64,000 bases of DNA. Origin: Tubiluchus corallicola (taxonomy: Eukaryota > Animalia > Priapulida). Position 1 is the first letter of the stretch. The number at the start of each line of letters is the position of its first letter. The notes below the pieces were generated by a model. That model was not told the DNA's origin. It was given only the letters and a program-made list of their open reading frames with translations, and made no database searches. Of the stretch, positions 1 through 12,569 are shown one piece after another. The stretch is from positions 372,001-436,000 of the forward strand of contig JAQGDQ010000009.1 in assembly GCA_030141605.1 (NCBI GenBank), given 5' to 3'. The translations under genes and the position numbers were made by a program.

Positions 1-123
1 CTAATGAAACATACATACATACTTATCTTGAAGGATCGGTACATCTTCTGTTGTAGAAGTTAAGAAAATTAACTTAAAATAACTTCGCAAAATTTTACGG
101 TACTTAATGTTACTACACATCTC

Positions 124-1446
124 ATGAAAATGGCGGCTTTCATAACGTTGGTTTTATGTGCGATTGCATGTGTTCTTCGGTATTTGTCTCTTAATACTAC
201 GTGGTCTCAATTGTTGCAAAATCGAGTTGAAATATCTACACCAATTGATGCATGGAAGCGCGTCACAGAGGGTGTCTTTTTGCACAACAATGGGATAAAT
301 CCTTTTCTGGGAGATTTATATCATGATACTCCGCTTACCTTGATTGCATTTCAGTACTTGCAAAGTCAAGAGTGTATTTTGCGGGTTGTATTTGTGGTAG
401 TTGATATTGTAGCTGCACTCGCCTTAATGAACGCAGCAACACATATAAGCAGTCTTTATATGTCACGGCAGGAATTGGAACTTTACCGATATGGGAAAAA
501 CACCGACAAGATCTTGCTTAACGAAATGCAATTGAGAAAGATGAAATTGTTTGTGTTGCTTATATACTTGTTTAACCCATATACCTTATTTACGTGTCTG
601 GCTCAATCGATGGCCGTGTTTCGAAGTTTCGTGCTCGCTCTGACCTTTATGTTTTTATCCCATGGCTCACGGACATTTTCTTGCTTTTTCCTAGCAATCG
701 CAACTTATCAGTCATGTTATTCGTTAATGCTGATTGTACCGGCATCAATGATCATTGCAAAATCAGAGGGTAAACGTTCTACAAGAACTACTTATGCCGA
801 AACCATGACGTCTGTCATTAAAACAGTTGCACTATTTATATCTTTCATGTCCCTGTTACTCTGGACATCGCGGGCTGCAATGGGTTCCTGGGATTTTGTC
901 TACTCAACTTATGGATTTACTCTGACTGTTCCCGACCTAAAGCCTAATCAAGGACTGTTTTGGTATTTCTTCACTGAAATGTTCGAACATTTTCGTAGTT
1001 TTTTCCTGTGGGTTTTTCAAATCAACGTCTTTGTGTATACAGTACCACTTGCAGTGCGACTCAAGGATGACCCATACTTACTATGGTACATTTTAGTAGG
1101 CATAATGACAATATTCAAATCCTACCCGTCACTCGGTGATGTCGGTTTGTGCTTGTCAATGTTTCCTATTTGGGGTCATCTCTCGAGATATATGCGTAAT
1201 AGTTTTATTATGAGCTGTACATTGCTTTGCACAACAGTTTTGGCACCAGTGCTCTGGCATTTATGGATATATGCTGGCAGTGCAAATGCTAATTTTTATT
1301 TTGCTGTAACTCTAGCATTTTCTACTGGACTGATTTTCTTGGTTACTGATATCTTGTATGCCCACCTGCGATGGAGATATGATCTGCACAATGGATATAA
1401 ATTAAAAGATGCAGATGGAAAACCTATACAGATAGCATTAGAGTGA
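124..1446 (+). CDS. PIGU: GPI transamidase subunit PIG-U (CDC91L1/Gab1 family), single-exon CDS, 440 aa
   Basis: Uninterrupted multi-TM ORF with PIG-U signatures: RVEISTP..W.R..EG, YLFNPYT, L.VPDL.PN.GLFWYFFTEMFEHF, FKSYPS.GD, LWHLWIYAGSANANFYF. A second Met at 130 (AAAATGGCGG context) is an alternative start. Confidence 0.96.
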   Translation: MKMAAFITLVLCAIACVLRYLSLNTTWSQLLQNRVEISTPIDAWKRVTEGVFLHNNGINPFLGDLYHDTPLTLIAFQYLQSQECILRVVFVVVDIVAALALMNAATHISSLYMSRQELELYRYGKNTDKILLNEMQLRKMKLFVLLIYLFNPYTLFTCLAQSMAVFRSFVLALTFMFLSHGSRTFSCFFLAIATYQSCYSLMLIVPASMIIAKSEGKRSTRTTYAETMTSVIKTVALFISFMSLLLWTSRAAMGSWDFVYSTYGFTLTVPDLKPNQGLFWYFFTEMFEHFRSFFLWVFQINVFVYTVPLAVRLKDDPYLLWYILVGIMTIFKSYPSLGDVGLCLSMFPIWGHLSRYMRNSFIMSCTLLCTTVLAPVLWHLWIYAGSANANFYFAVTLAFSTGLIFLVTDILYAHLRWRYDLHNGYKLKDADGKPIQIALE

Positions 1447-4400
1447 AGTGCCCAACCCTACAGTGTTCTTTGCTCAGCTGTTGTTTCGTTGAGCCAAGTT
1501 TATCTTCTTTTATAACATTAATTCCTCCAGTTTCTGATCAATTTGTTTGTATATGTTGTAGTACATTAATCTGCAATAATTTCTTTAAAGTGTTATTGAA
1601 ATTGTCACTGACTTAAAGAATTATTAAAATTTCGAATATTTTGGTAACCTTTTTATTAATATGCATTTCTATTTAAATCTATTAGAAAAGGCATTAGTGT
1701 CAAATTCAGCTGTGTAGTACATTTGAAGAACAATCCTTCACAATAGATAGCTTTTCAATAATTATTTCAGTACAGGAAGTAACATTATATGTGTTATCTG
1801 CCTTATATGAAGTTATTTCTTATTGTGTGCTTAGACTGAAAAGTTACCAAGAAACTAGCAAGCAGGACTAGAGAGCAAAATCAGTAGCAAATTACTTTCT
1901 GTGAGCATATCTCATGACAGATTTTGCAGCAGTATTCATACTACAGAGAAAATATGCTTGGCAAGTTTCTATAGGTTTCAGCAATTAAGAATTGTTGTGA
2001 GTGCTGTGAAGACTTCCGAAAGCTGCTGACAATAGACTCACAAAAGCATTGGACAAGAAATTAACTCACGGCAACTCAGGAAAAGTCCAATTTCTTATTA
2101 CAAGTTTGTTGTGAGATAGACAACTATCCAGTCTGAACGCGGCTTTAAGACGGAAACCATGTTAACAGCAACAGTATAAATGCAACATTTCAATTTTTTT
2201 TCAAGGAAGTTTTTCAGAAATGCGATGAAGAGGTAACCATTATTCAGACACTTCTAAAATTCCTGATTTTTTGCTCTATTTTCACCCATAACAGAGTAAG
2301 TAGGTATATGATGTAATCATCCTAATGTTTTCATACTATTTTCTAGCAGAGATTCAGTCTATAGGAAATGTAGCTTCTTCGGTGACACAACAAATAAAAA
2401 AGCTAGTATTTCTCACTGTGGAGAGTACAATGCTAAATTTAATAAGTTAATAAACTACAACTGCTATACAAATTATAAAGTCAGGCTACCTTGGTAACTT
2501 TTAAGATATTCAGGCTTCATTCGTACTAAACAAAAAACTATAATCATATTCAATTAGAATTCTAAAATTTAATGAATTTATCAAAACATAAAGATAATAA
2601 TCATGTTGAAAAAGTGCTTGCTTCTACATTGCAGCTGTCTAAAATGCATCAGTGTAAAAATCAGTAAAATTTATAAAATTTGTTTTTTAACATGGTATTT
2701 CCAACATCAGATGAAAATTACATTTCATCATTAAAAAATGAAATAATGTAAATAATGAAACTGTTAATTTATGTGGTATAAATGTGATTCTGTTGAAACA
2801 AATGATTTATAATGAATTAGCTTCATGTTACAATGGAATTATAATGAATTATGAAATTGTTATTTCATCTTGGTTTGTAAACCCACAAAAAACTGGGCAT
2901 TCTAATCTAGTAAAACAAAATATCTATGCAACACTTTAAGATCCTTGTCATGCTTTAGAATTTACTTAGTATTTTCCTCAAAAGTCCAGGATTTTTGGTC
3001 AACACCAACCACAATTATTCTTGCAAGGAGAATAAATTTTCACAAAAAAGATATCATTTTTTAATGTCAGTGTTTTCTTTTCTCCAAAATCGATCATCTA
3101 CAAATTATATTCATGCAATTGTCCACGTTCACCGTCGTTACACATTGCGTCTGAAAGTGTACCACTCACAGCAAACAATAAAAAAATGTCACCGGAACGC
3201 ACACAGTAAATGAAGGGTTGCAGCTGTTTCAGTGGTGCGCCATAAATTCTGCACTTTACAGTGCGTACTGTGCAGTGCCCAGGCGGTGCGTCTAACAGGC
3301 GGGTTTCTTGATGCCAGACTGTATATTAATTATTATTTTTATTTGGAAAAAATGTGGTAAATTATTTGCGCATCTTTTTTCTTGTATAGTTTTCGTTAGA
3401 TACCGATTAATTTGCTTTATCGTAATGTGCCGTGTTCCGTATTACTAATTGGTATAACGATTTTAGTGGTGCCGTATCATCATGCAGGTATTCCTCCATT
3501 AGCCTATAATAAAATATTAATAATTTATTATGCTACCAGGCATTAGATACTAGATCAGATAGGCTTGTGTTCTCACGATAATTCTGTCGAGGGTCAAGCT
3601 GAAGCTTATTATGGCGATTTCTTCAGATATTAGTTTGCTTATCCCAATCCAGTGCAATCTTTTTTGCTTACTCCAGGAGTGTTCTTTCTTCACTAATTCA
3701 CATTATAAATCTTTGTAATTATTTCCTATTGTTGTTTTGCTTTTATTATGTGCATTTGTAATAATAATATTATGGAAATATGGTTAAAACTCACCAGCAG
3801 TTCAAACTTCAAAGCTCATGCAGATGTACTGGTATTGCCTTGGTTACTCCTTTTTACAAAACAGGAAGGATTCAAGATTTAGTTTAGAGATATAGTTTTT
3901 TGTTTTCAAAAACCTTAGTAAAGTTTGAGTAAGAGGCAAGATAATCATTGTCAAATCTGTGTTTAACGCGTTTGAAATACCTCAGTCAGCTTGCTTCCTT
4001 AATGTGTGAATGCATTATACTGATCTGGCAAGGCAGCAATAAGGAATATGCAATTAAATACAATTTGGGCTGCACTCAAAAAATTAATAAGTGGTTTTAA
4101 AAGATCAAAAACTAAAACTGTTGTTGGATAAAAACGAAATTGAAAATATTAGACTGAGTAAGATTTAAAGTCAAACACTATACAATATCCAAAAAACTTA
4201 GAAGGGTTTACCAATAGATTATATTTAAATTGCATGGTGTTTTATATAAATATAGGTAAGAAGTTCATGGTAGATTGTGTTTATACAAAGTTATTCCTAC
4301 AAACAGGACAATAAAGCAGATTAAGTTGTTTTTTTTGCTTTAACAATGTTTTGTAATGGTTTGTTTGTCCACTTCCCTTCAGATGTATGGTTATTGAAGG

Positions 4401-4939
4401 TCATATGGGTTACATTTGTTAATGTCCTGTTGATGTCAGTGATGAGCTGCTTCGCCATTATCTTGGACAAATTTGGAAATAAGATTTTCAGTGCACTTTT
4501 TAGGCCTTTTGGATTGTAGTGACTGAGACAACCTATTTGTATGGTTACAAACAGCACATCACATTTCAGAGTTTAACCTACCTTGTAGGGTTTTTTTGTT
4601 GTTGCAGGTATATAAATGTACACCTGTTGCCATGAAATTTGTGGTCTTGAGGTTGTTTTTAAAGTGCTCTTTCTATGACTAATTTTACCTTAGCATTGCT
4701 AAGCATTAAATACTTGTACTTCCTGTGAAACTCTTATTAAATTTGGACTACATCATTTAGGACATGTAGTTTTCAGGTCGTTACTCATTGCTGTGTAACT
4801 ATGTTAATTATGTTTTATAGATTTCTGGTATGTTTTATACTTCAGATATTTAGTTTAGGCTTCAGCTAATTATCACTTATTGCATAAATCTGATGTAAAT
4901 ATAGTGCACATGCACTGTCCGTACTAGATTATAATATGC

Positions 4940-5680
4940 AAGACATAAACACATGTGAGAGATATAAATAGCATTGAAAAGGTCCAGAGATATTTTTCTC
5001 TTAGGCTGTACCAACAATGTCAGATTAATTATGTTTCTTATTTAGACAGACTATCAGAACTAAAATTGTAGCCACTCAAATTAAGGGGCTTTGTCTCTGG
5101 TCTTAAGATGTTATACAGAAGTTCTCATAAAATGGTGGGTTTAAATTTTAATGATTTTTTTCGGTATGCTTCAACCAATCGATTGCGCTGGTGGGTTTAA
5201 ATTTTAATGATTTTTTTTTCGGTATGCTTCAACCAATCAATTGCGCTGTCACAAAACTGTTCACGTCTTATTTGAAATTAAACGTCTCAAAATACTTATT
5301 TGTTAACAGAGTTGTAAACATTTGGAATGCTCTGGATTCTTATGTAGTTGATGCTACTAGTTTGTCAGTTTTTAGCAGTTGATTAGCTAACGTAAATTTA
5401 CTGCCTTAATGCAACTTTATTCAAAACATGTAAGATTATCATAGGTCTGATTGGATTTCTCCATACCATATTATTGTGTAAAATCTGTTACATAGAATAT
5501 ATTATTCATATTTAGTTACATTTATTAGGAGTCTTTTAATCAAATTTATTCAATTTTTGGCATTGTTTTCATATATTTTATTTTTGTGCATCATTTTATG
5601 TTTTATAGGATCAGCCGATTCTTTCTTTTATACTATTTTAATAGGCTTATATGTATACATGCCAATAAATAAAAAAAATA
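4940..5680 (+). mobile_element. Decayed 3' fragment of a CR1/L2-type non-LTR retrotransposon
   Basis: Broken frames read DINSIEKVQRYF and F.NRVVNIWNALDSYVVDATSLSVF, typical of CR1-type ORF2 C-termini. Ends near AATAAATAAAAAAAA at about 5664 and contains a ~57-bp tandem duplication (~5134-5250). Confidence 0.65.
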
Positions 5681-7696
5681 CTATGGCAGCCCAATTATTA
5701 GTGCTTTGAGTTAACATCAAGTCAGTAAGATGACCAATTACTAACCCATGTTCTTTCCATGCTCATATATCCTTAATACATTTATGTCTTCATGCAGAAA
5801 CAAAGTATTGTTAATGTCAATTGAGAGGAAGTAAAATAACTGTGTGTGCACCCACATCTCTGAGATTTGAATCATTTTTAACTTCAAGCAAAGTACTTCC
5901 GTAGTTTTACTGAATGATGAACAGTAAGCTTTGGCAAAACATGGGAATACATTGTCTTATTCCTTGAAATGCAAAACTGTGTAGGCTTTGTTTCACCTGC
6001 AGCTATTGCCCAAGGTTAGAACTAGAACTCTGCATTAATGAGAATAAACAGACCCAGTAGTACAAGTTCAACCAAAACGATGAACCAATAGCTGGGTGAT
6101 ATCCTGTAGGTGATATATTTATAAGCAGACTCATTTGAAAGTTCCCAGATGTGTGGAAGCCTTGAACAGTGGTAACAGCAATAAATGTAAAAAAACTAGG
6201 TTTAGGTAAACAAACTGTTTAAAATATATTAGTCAGATATAATTAGAAAAATGACTGTTTGATCCAGATTTCTTATCAATTCTGTAACGGCACATACATA
6301 AAAAGAATATGCGGGTTCCAATGGAAACGACTTTTATGAGAAGAGTGTAGTACAAAACTGCTCTTCAGCCAGATGTTTGGGACCTCTTGTTTTCAAGGTT
6401 GGCGCCAATGCAGCCAAAAAGTTTTGCTAACAAATTAGTGATGCCTTGTTTAAATCCTGGTCAAGGAATGTTTTTTATCTTTTTCTTTCCACACAAACTA
6501 ATAATCTGTTTCTCCAGGCAAAAGTTGTTTGGCCGTGAACCTTAATCACCTAGCATGTTCAGTTAGTCAGTACTGCCAAGTGGGTACTTAGTTAAAATGC
6601 ATAGCTCATTTAATGCAAAGTTCTGTCTAATTTATAAACAGCATCTACCAGCTACAGTTATGGGATTTGTAGAAACATAAATCATTTTTTTTGATAACTG
6701 AGCAGTATGTTAACTAAAAACGAACTTTACAATTTGTAATTGTTTTATTATCTTGAAATCTTGGATTTGTATAACGTGTTAGCGAAACATCGTTAACTGG
6801 TAGTTACAACTAGTATGCATTATGTTTCTTGCTGCAAGTATGTGCATCAACCTATTGCATTTGGATCTAATTTAGGTTATGCATTCCATTATATTTTATG
6901 CATCCTTAACAGTCAGCATTACAATATAAATGTTTATGCACTCATAGCTGTTTTAAATAATTAATGCTCAAGTCCTTCCCATGGATGTGCAGCAGAATAG
7001 ATTTTTGAAATATTTATTACTCTATGATTAAATACAGCAAATGAATTCTTCCTATTTTAATCTTTCATACATGTTTGAACACTACTGTGTGTGCACTATA
7101 TTTACAGACCTGATACGTGCACAACTGCACCAAGTCACAAAACCAAGCGAGCTCTAGCTTGCTTAATCAAATTTGGATTGTGAAAATTTACCAACAGCCT
7201 ACAAGATTAAATAAACTCAGTAAATTTGTTTTCTAAAAATAATTTAGTTGTGGCTTCTATTTTGAAAGCAGTAGGGACTACATGTTTGCTTATGATATAT
7301 AATACTTAAGCCTTGATTCTTGTGTTAGTTTTCCAAACACTACTGCAAAAAAACTGTGGAAAGCAAAATAAGACGTCTGTGGTTTCACTTGGTAGTTCAG
7401 CATTTCCAGATGCCTCCGTGTCTAACCTAGATAGCATTCACTGAAATTGGTATACTGATACTGATCCTACGTAATTTAACCATGTAAGTGGTATGGAAAA
7501 TGTTATTGATTTGTTGCACTTGTTTTACTCATGTGATTGCTTTTAGCACTGAATTTGTTCATGTAAACATATATGTAACTCACCTCACATTTTTTTCAGG
7601 TTTCCTATGGTTTAAACAAAATCATATCATATTGATTAATTTGGTCACATAGTCCTAGTCTTGTAAGCTGCAGCTTTGTTTGAAATATTATCAGCA

Positions 7697-9562
7697 ATGC
7701 CAGGCAAAGAAGAAATAACAATTCTTCATTTTAATGATGTTTACAACATCGAGCCACAAGACATGGAGCCACCTGGTGGTGCGGCCAGGTTTAAGAGTGC
7801 CATACAAAGCTTTGCACATCTAAACCCTTTAGTTGTGTTTAGTGGAGATGCTCTGAATCCGTCACTAATGAGCACTTTCACTAAAGGTCAGCAAATGAAT
7901 GCCGTACTTAATGCTTGTGGTGTGCAAGTGGCCGTTTATGGAAATCACGATTTTGACCATGGTGTAGACGAACTTGTAGATTTCAGCAAGCAGTGTCCCT
8001 TTCCGTGGCTATTATCAAATGTTTATGACAATGAAACGGGTGAACCTTTAGCAGAGGGTAAGTTAACTCATGCAATGGAATGGTGTGGCGTTAAATTTGG
8101 TTTCATCGGACTAGTAGAGGAAGAATGGTTAGCAACTCTTTCTACAATAGAACCTGAGGATATTACATATGTAGACTACGTTGAACAGGGTAGACAATTT
8201 AGCAAACAACTTCGCGATGAAGGTGCTGAATATGTGATAGCGCTAACACATATGAGGACGCCGAATGACATCCGACTCGCTGAGAATGTGGATGGAATTG
8301 ATTTAATATTAGGTGGACATGATCACTGCTTTGAGGTCTCCCGTGTGAACAACAAGTACATTGTGAAAAGCGGTTCCGATTTTAGACAGCTGGGAAAGAT
8401 TGCTTTGACTTTGAATTCTGAGAAAGTTGACGTTGATATAGAGGAAATAACAATTGATTCTAGATTCCCAGAGGATCCATTTTTGAAAGACTTGGTGGAT
8501 GAATTTATGAAAACTATTGAGGAAAAAATGGAGGGAATCTTGGGTCATGTTGACACTGATCTAGATGGTCGGTTTCATATGGTAAGAACTCAAGAAACTA
8601 ATTTAGGTAATTTAATTGCCGACGTTATGCAGGCCGCCACTCATGCTAACGTAGCTTTATACAATTCCGGAACACTCCGGTCAGACAGGATACATTATCG
8701 AGGTGACTTTATGATGCGTGATTTGGTTACCATTTTACCGATGGTTGATGAACTGGTTGTGCTAAAGATTTCTGGAGAACAGCTTTTGGAGGCTTTGGAG
8801 AATGGGGTTTCACAGTATCCCAAACTTGAGGGAAGATTTCCTCAGGTAGCCGGAATTTCGTTTGCATTTGATCCTGAAAAACCACCAGGGAGAAGAGTGA
8901 ATCCTCGTTATGTGAAAGTAGGAGATGAATACATTCAGGTAGACAAATACTATAGTCTTGTTACCAAAAATTATATAGCAAGTGGAAAAGATGGTTATGA
9001 TGTGCTGAACAAGTGTGAAGTGCTTATAAACAATGATGACTGTCCTAACTTAACAACATCCGTGCAAAATCATTTTAGGTCTGTCAACATCGTGCGTGGT
9101 GTTACACCGTGTAGGTCACACCATAGGCAAAGTCTAGTTTCTTTGCACCGTCGAAACTCATTGCTGCACATGGGACTGTCTCACAGCACCCTCGATTCTT
9201 CACGTTGCAGTACGGCTACTGTAAGCAGTACTGAATTGAACATGTTACCTGAGTCTGGCCTTGAGATCCAGGGCACGCCAACCCATCCCGATCTGGTGCA
9301 GTCATGTTTCAATGATTTGACCCCAGAGGTACGAAAAAAACGTAGGAGGCTTAGGCGACAAACCAGTGTGCATGAGCATGAATTGAACTGTAGCCGCCTC
9401 GCACCTGAAGTTGATGGAAGGATTATAGTACTGAATGATCATACAAGAGAAGCTCTAGAACATGAACGAGTTCAGTATGATGTTACCACAGCTATTTACG
9501 AAAGCGACGAATCAAACCCATCCTGTTTGTCTTTCGACAATGATGCTTCATTTGTGGAATGA
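7697..9562 (+). CDS. 5'-nucleotidase family protein (calcineurin-like metallophosphoesterase plus 5'-nucleotidase C domain; no signal peptide), single-exon CDS, 621 aa
   Basis: Metallophosphoesterase motifs HFNDVY, SGDAL.PS, YGNHDFD, ALTH, LGGHDH; C-domain R..ETNLGN, NSGTLR, LENGVS..P..EGRFPQV. ATG at 7697. A splice acceptor (tttttttcag) ending at 7599 implies a 5'-UTR intron. Confidence 0.93.
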   Translation: MPGKEEITILHFNDVYNIEPQDMEPPGGAARFKSAIQSFAHLNPLVVFSGDALNPSLMSTFTKGQQMNAVLNACGVQVAVYGNHDFDHGVDELVDFSKQCPFPWLLSNVYDNETGEPLAEGKLTHAMEWCGVKFGFIGLVEEEWLATLSTIEPEDITYVDYVEQGRQFSKQLRDEGAEYVIALTHMRTPNDIRLAENVDGIDLILGGHDHCFEVSRVNNKYIVKSGSDFRQLGKIALTLNSEKVDVDIEEITIDSRFPEDPFLKDLVDEFMKTIEEKMEGILGHVDTDLDGRFHMVRTQETNLGNLIADVMQAATHANVALYNSGTLRSDRIHYRGDFMMRDLVTILPMVDELVVLKISGEQLLEALENGVSQYPKLEGRFPQVAGISFAFDPEKPPGRRVNPRYVKVGDEYIQVDKYYSLVTKNYIASGKDGYDVLNKCEVLINNDDCPNLTTSVQNHFRSVNIVRGVTPCRSHHRQSLVSLHRRNSLLHMGLSHSTLDSSRCSTATVSSTELNMLPESGLEIQGTPTHPDLVQSCFNDLTPEVRKKRRRLRRQTSVHEHELNCSRLAPEVDGRIIVLNDHTREALEHERVQYDVTTAIYESDESNPSCLSFDNDASFVE

Positions 9563-9853
9563 GGTTAAAGACACTTATGCACTCATCATATGCATCCACA
9601 GTCCTTGTAATATTAACATGCTATATACACATTGCTTAAAATAATCAAGCATAAGATGGATAACATTTTTGTTCTGGTTAATCATTGTGTTTTTATGGTA
9701 ACTTAATGTAAGTGATTTTAGCTGAAATATTTCTATAATAATATTATTTTATAATACCATCATAGGTCGCTAGTGATTGTAGCTTTCGAAGTATTCAAAT
9801 GCGTTTGGTTTTTAGGTCATGTTTTTTCTCCTATTGTATCAAATAGGGATATA

Positions 9854-10600
9854 TCAGGTGGCTCAGAAAAAACGTGTCAAAGTTTAGAATACAATTATAT
9901 TTGAAATTCCACAGCACGATATATTGGAGTTATAAGTTGATAGTTTTGGAGATTTAAGTTATGGTAGTTTTAGAGTTTTGTAGTTATGGCTAAAAAACTT
10001 TTGCATATTAAAAAATCAAATGCAGGAACAATGTCAGCTAATCATCAACTGAAAAGCATCCACTTTGACGTGTAAAGCACTCAGTGCATGGGAGAAAACC
10101 AGTAAGGAAAAAAATCAGTTTACATCAAGGTCAACACCACAGAAAAAACACCGATTTGTTGGCAAGAAAAGATGCAACAATCCTTTTGATTACACTATTT
10201 GGAATACCCGTAAAGAGAAGGTATACAATGGCCTCACGAATGCTAGATGCAAAGGAACTAAAGCCAAAAACTGTTGAGTGCTGGGCTGGGTCCAGATATC
10301 ACTGAAGAAGTTAGAAACTATATTAGTGGAAAAATGCCTTCATCTAGTCTGCAGTGAGAATGGTGGATATATAAAGCACTTATTGTAAATTTTAACAATA
10401 ATGGTAGAAATTTTTTTCCGCCTTTTATTTTTTGAGTTGTTCATTTAAAACTTCTGCACCTTAGACCAGATTTAAGGAAATGACCTAAAATTTTTGATGT
10501 TTATACATAAACGTCTGCGACATTAATGTGGTAATTTTCAAGTGATTCCCTTATTTTCTTCCGTGGTCAAAACTTTGGCACATTTTTTTGCACCACCTGA
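9854..10600 (+). mobile_element. Internally deleted Tc1/mariner-type DNA transposon
   Basis: Imperfect ~30-bp TIRs (TCAGGTGGCTCAGAAAAAACGTGTCAAAGTTT / AAACTTTGGCACATTTTTTTGCACCACCTGA) flanked by TA. Transposase C-terminal remnants include NPFDYTIWN, K.KVY and C.ENGGYIKHLL. Confidence 0.75.
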
Positions 10601-12569
10601 TATATGTGAAATGAGGAGCAAAACCTATCCATCGAAGAATTGCTAAGTTTTCTGTATGTTGTGAAGATCCTCGGCCTGTAATGTGTTACCAAAATTTTCC
10701 TATTTTCAGTCTGTTAGTATCTGCCAAAAGGCTCATGAGATCATGAGTAGATTTATTCAAGCTAAAGATCACCCAAATCACGGTCAAAGTCTAAAAGTGG
10801 ACTATATGGATTAAACTAGTGGGAGTTACACGGGTTATTTTATACTTCGTTCATTAACTATTTAAAGGCATTCAATGACTGCAGACTGAATGCTACATTA
10901 TTCCTCTTGTTTACCTTGAAATTAAACGTGTGGACTGTCCAGCGTTAAGTTTTTGTTTGTCTGGATAAACAGTAATTTGCTGTTGCATTGCTGGGTTAAG
11001 TAAGCACAATATGCTATACAGTAACTATGTATGTTTCTAAAATCTATGTTACTGTATGTTATGCTAGAAAAGCTTTCCAGCTAATATTATTAAGACACAA
11101 GCATTTGGTTGTGTTATCATATTCAATGAGAGCTGTAGCTAAATTTATTTTGCCTTTACTATTTTTACCTGTATCCTTCACTGTGCCTTTTTGGGTATGC
11201 AAACATCTGTAGGGAACGTGCATAAATTATTTGTTTTTGTGACTAGTTTATATATTATCCTGTTACTGCAGAATAGTATATTGTACAAAATATTGTTTTG
11301 TTAAGTTATGGAGGTATTTATTTTTGTAGCTTTTAGTTTTCAAATTTAATCTATTTGTTCTGTAATGAGAATGATGTTTGTGAAATTGGAAACTTGTGTA
11401 ATGAATGAACAGGGTTAGTTTGTGATGGAACAGAGTGATATTTAAGTTTGTGATGTAATTTTGTTTTAGTTGTTTTTGCTCAGTGAGCAGGGACCTGCAT
11501 TCTATTTTTTTATTCAAATTTGTATACAGGTAGATGTGCTTGCTATTCTGTTTGCTTCATAAGGCTATGCAGACTTTCACATGTTAATGGGCCTCTTCAG
11601 TTGCATTTTGAACTACTGTGTGTATCATGCATTTATAATCTTATCTAAATCTGCTGTTGTTATTGATGAAGAAAGCACTTTAAATATTTTAAAATGCTAA
11701 ATGGCTTAACATTATCATTCTAGTTTTAGCTGTGAGTTTTCTACTTAAATTTGAAAATTTAGTGCCAGGGTACTTATTCATATAACCGCTTTGTAACAGC
11801 AGTTATAGCAAATATAATTTTTAAAGGATATGTTTAGATCCTTAGAAGTTTATCTTCCTGAACTCCTTTTAAAACAAATAAGATGGCTTAAGCTTTTTTA
11901 CATTGTTTTATTAAATATATAGTCATATTTTTGTAAAGTTTTAGCTACGTTTTATCATACTAAAAGTGTGTTATTAGACGTTTAGTAATTCTTTATTTTG
12001 TCGTTAAAAGTCATTTTGAGGTACTGTATTTTATTTCATTCAAATTATTAGGAAATAAAGTTAAAACTAGTTCATCTATTTTAACTAACCATGCGTAACT
12101 ATAATTTACTGCATGCAGTATAGAAGTACTTTGTACAGTTTCTTACTTTTTTTGTATATAGCGTATGAATAGAGTACTTGTTGACCTTTTAGTTGCGTAA
12201 TTGTGATTCTTAGTATTATTGTATCATCGCTATAATCATGACAATGCTTTACCTCAAACAAATACCTTTGTTGTTCAATCAGGTGTTAATCTATCAATAT
12301 TTAACTCTTATTGTGTGCCACTATAACTGTTTTGTTAAAAATATAATGACTTTGTGTCATGTAAAAATAAAGATGTTAACTTGTTGTTTTGTGTCCAATG
12401 AAATGCCATGTAATCGCGATAATAATATGACAACAAAGGTTGTCTGCAAGACGCAGACATGGTATGGTTATCACTGGTGCTAAGTGTGTTAATTGCCAGT
12501 GTGGATCGTCTGTATTGTGTTGGCAACAGGCCAACAAAATATCTTTTCTTTAAATTTTGTAGAAGGCCT

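Noticed and set aside
6390-6600. Possible tRNA-derived SINE or tRNA (gtttaaatcctggtc resembles a T-loop/B box)
   Set aside because: No cloverleaf or A box could be built and there is no second copy in the window.
124-9562. Functional link between PIGU and a GPI-anchored ecto-5'-nucleotidase
   Set aside because: This nucleotidase has no signal peptide or hydrophobic GPI signal, so it is not a plausible transamidase substrate.
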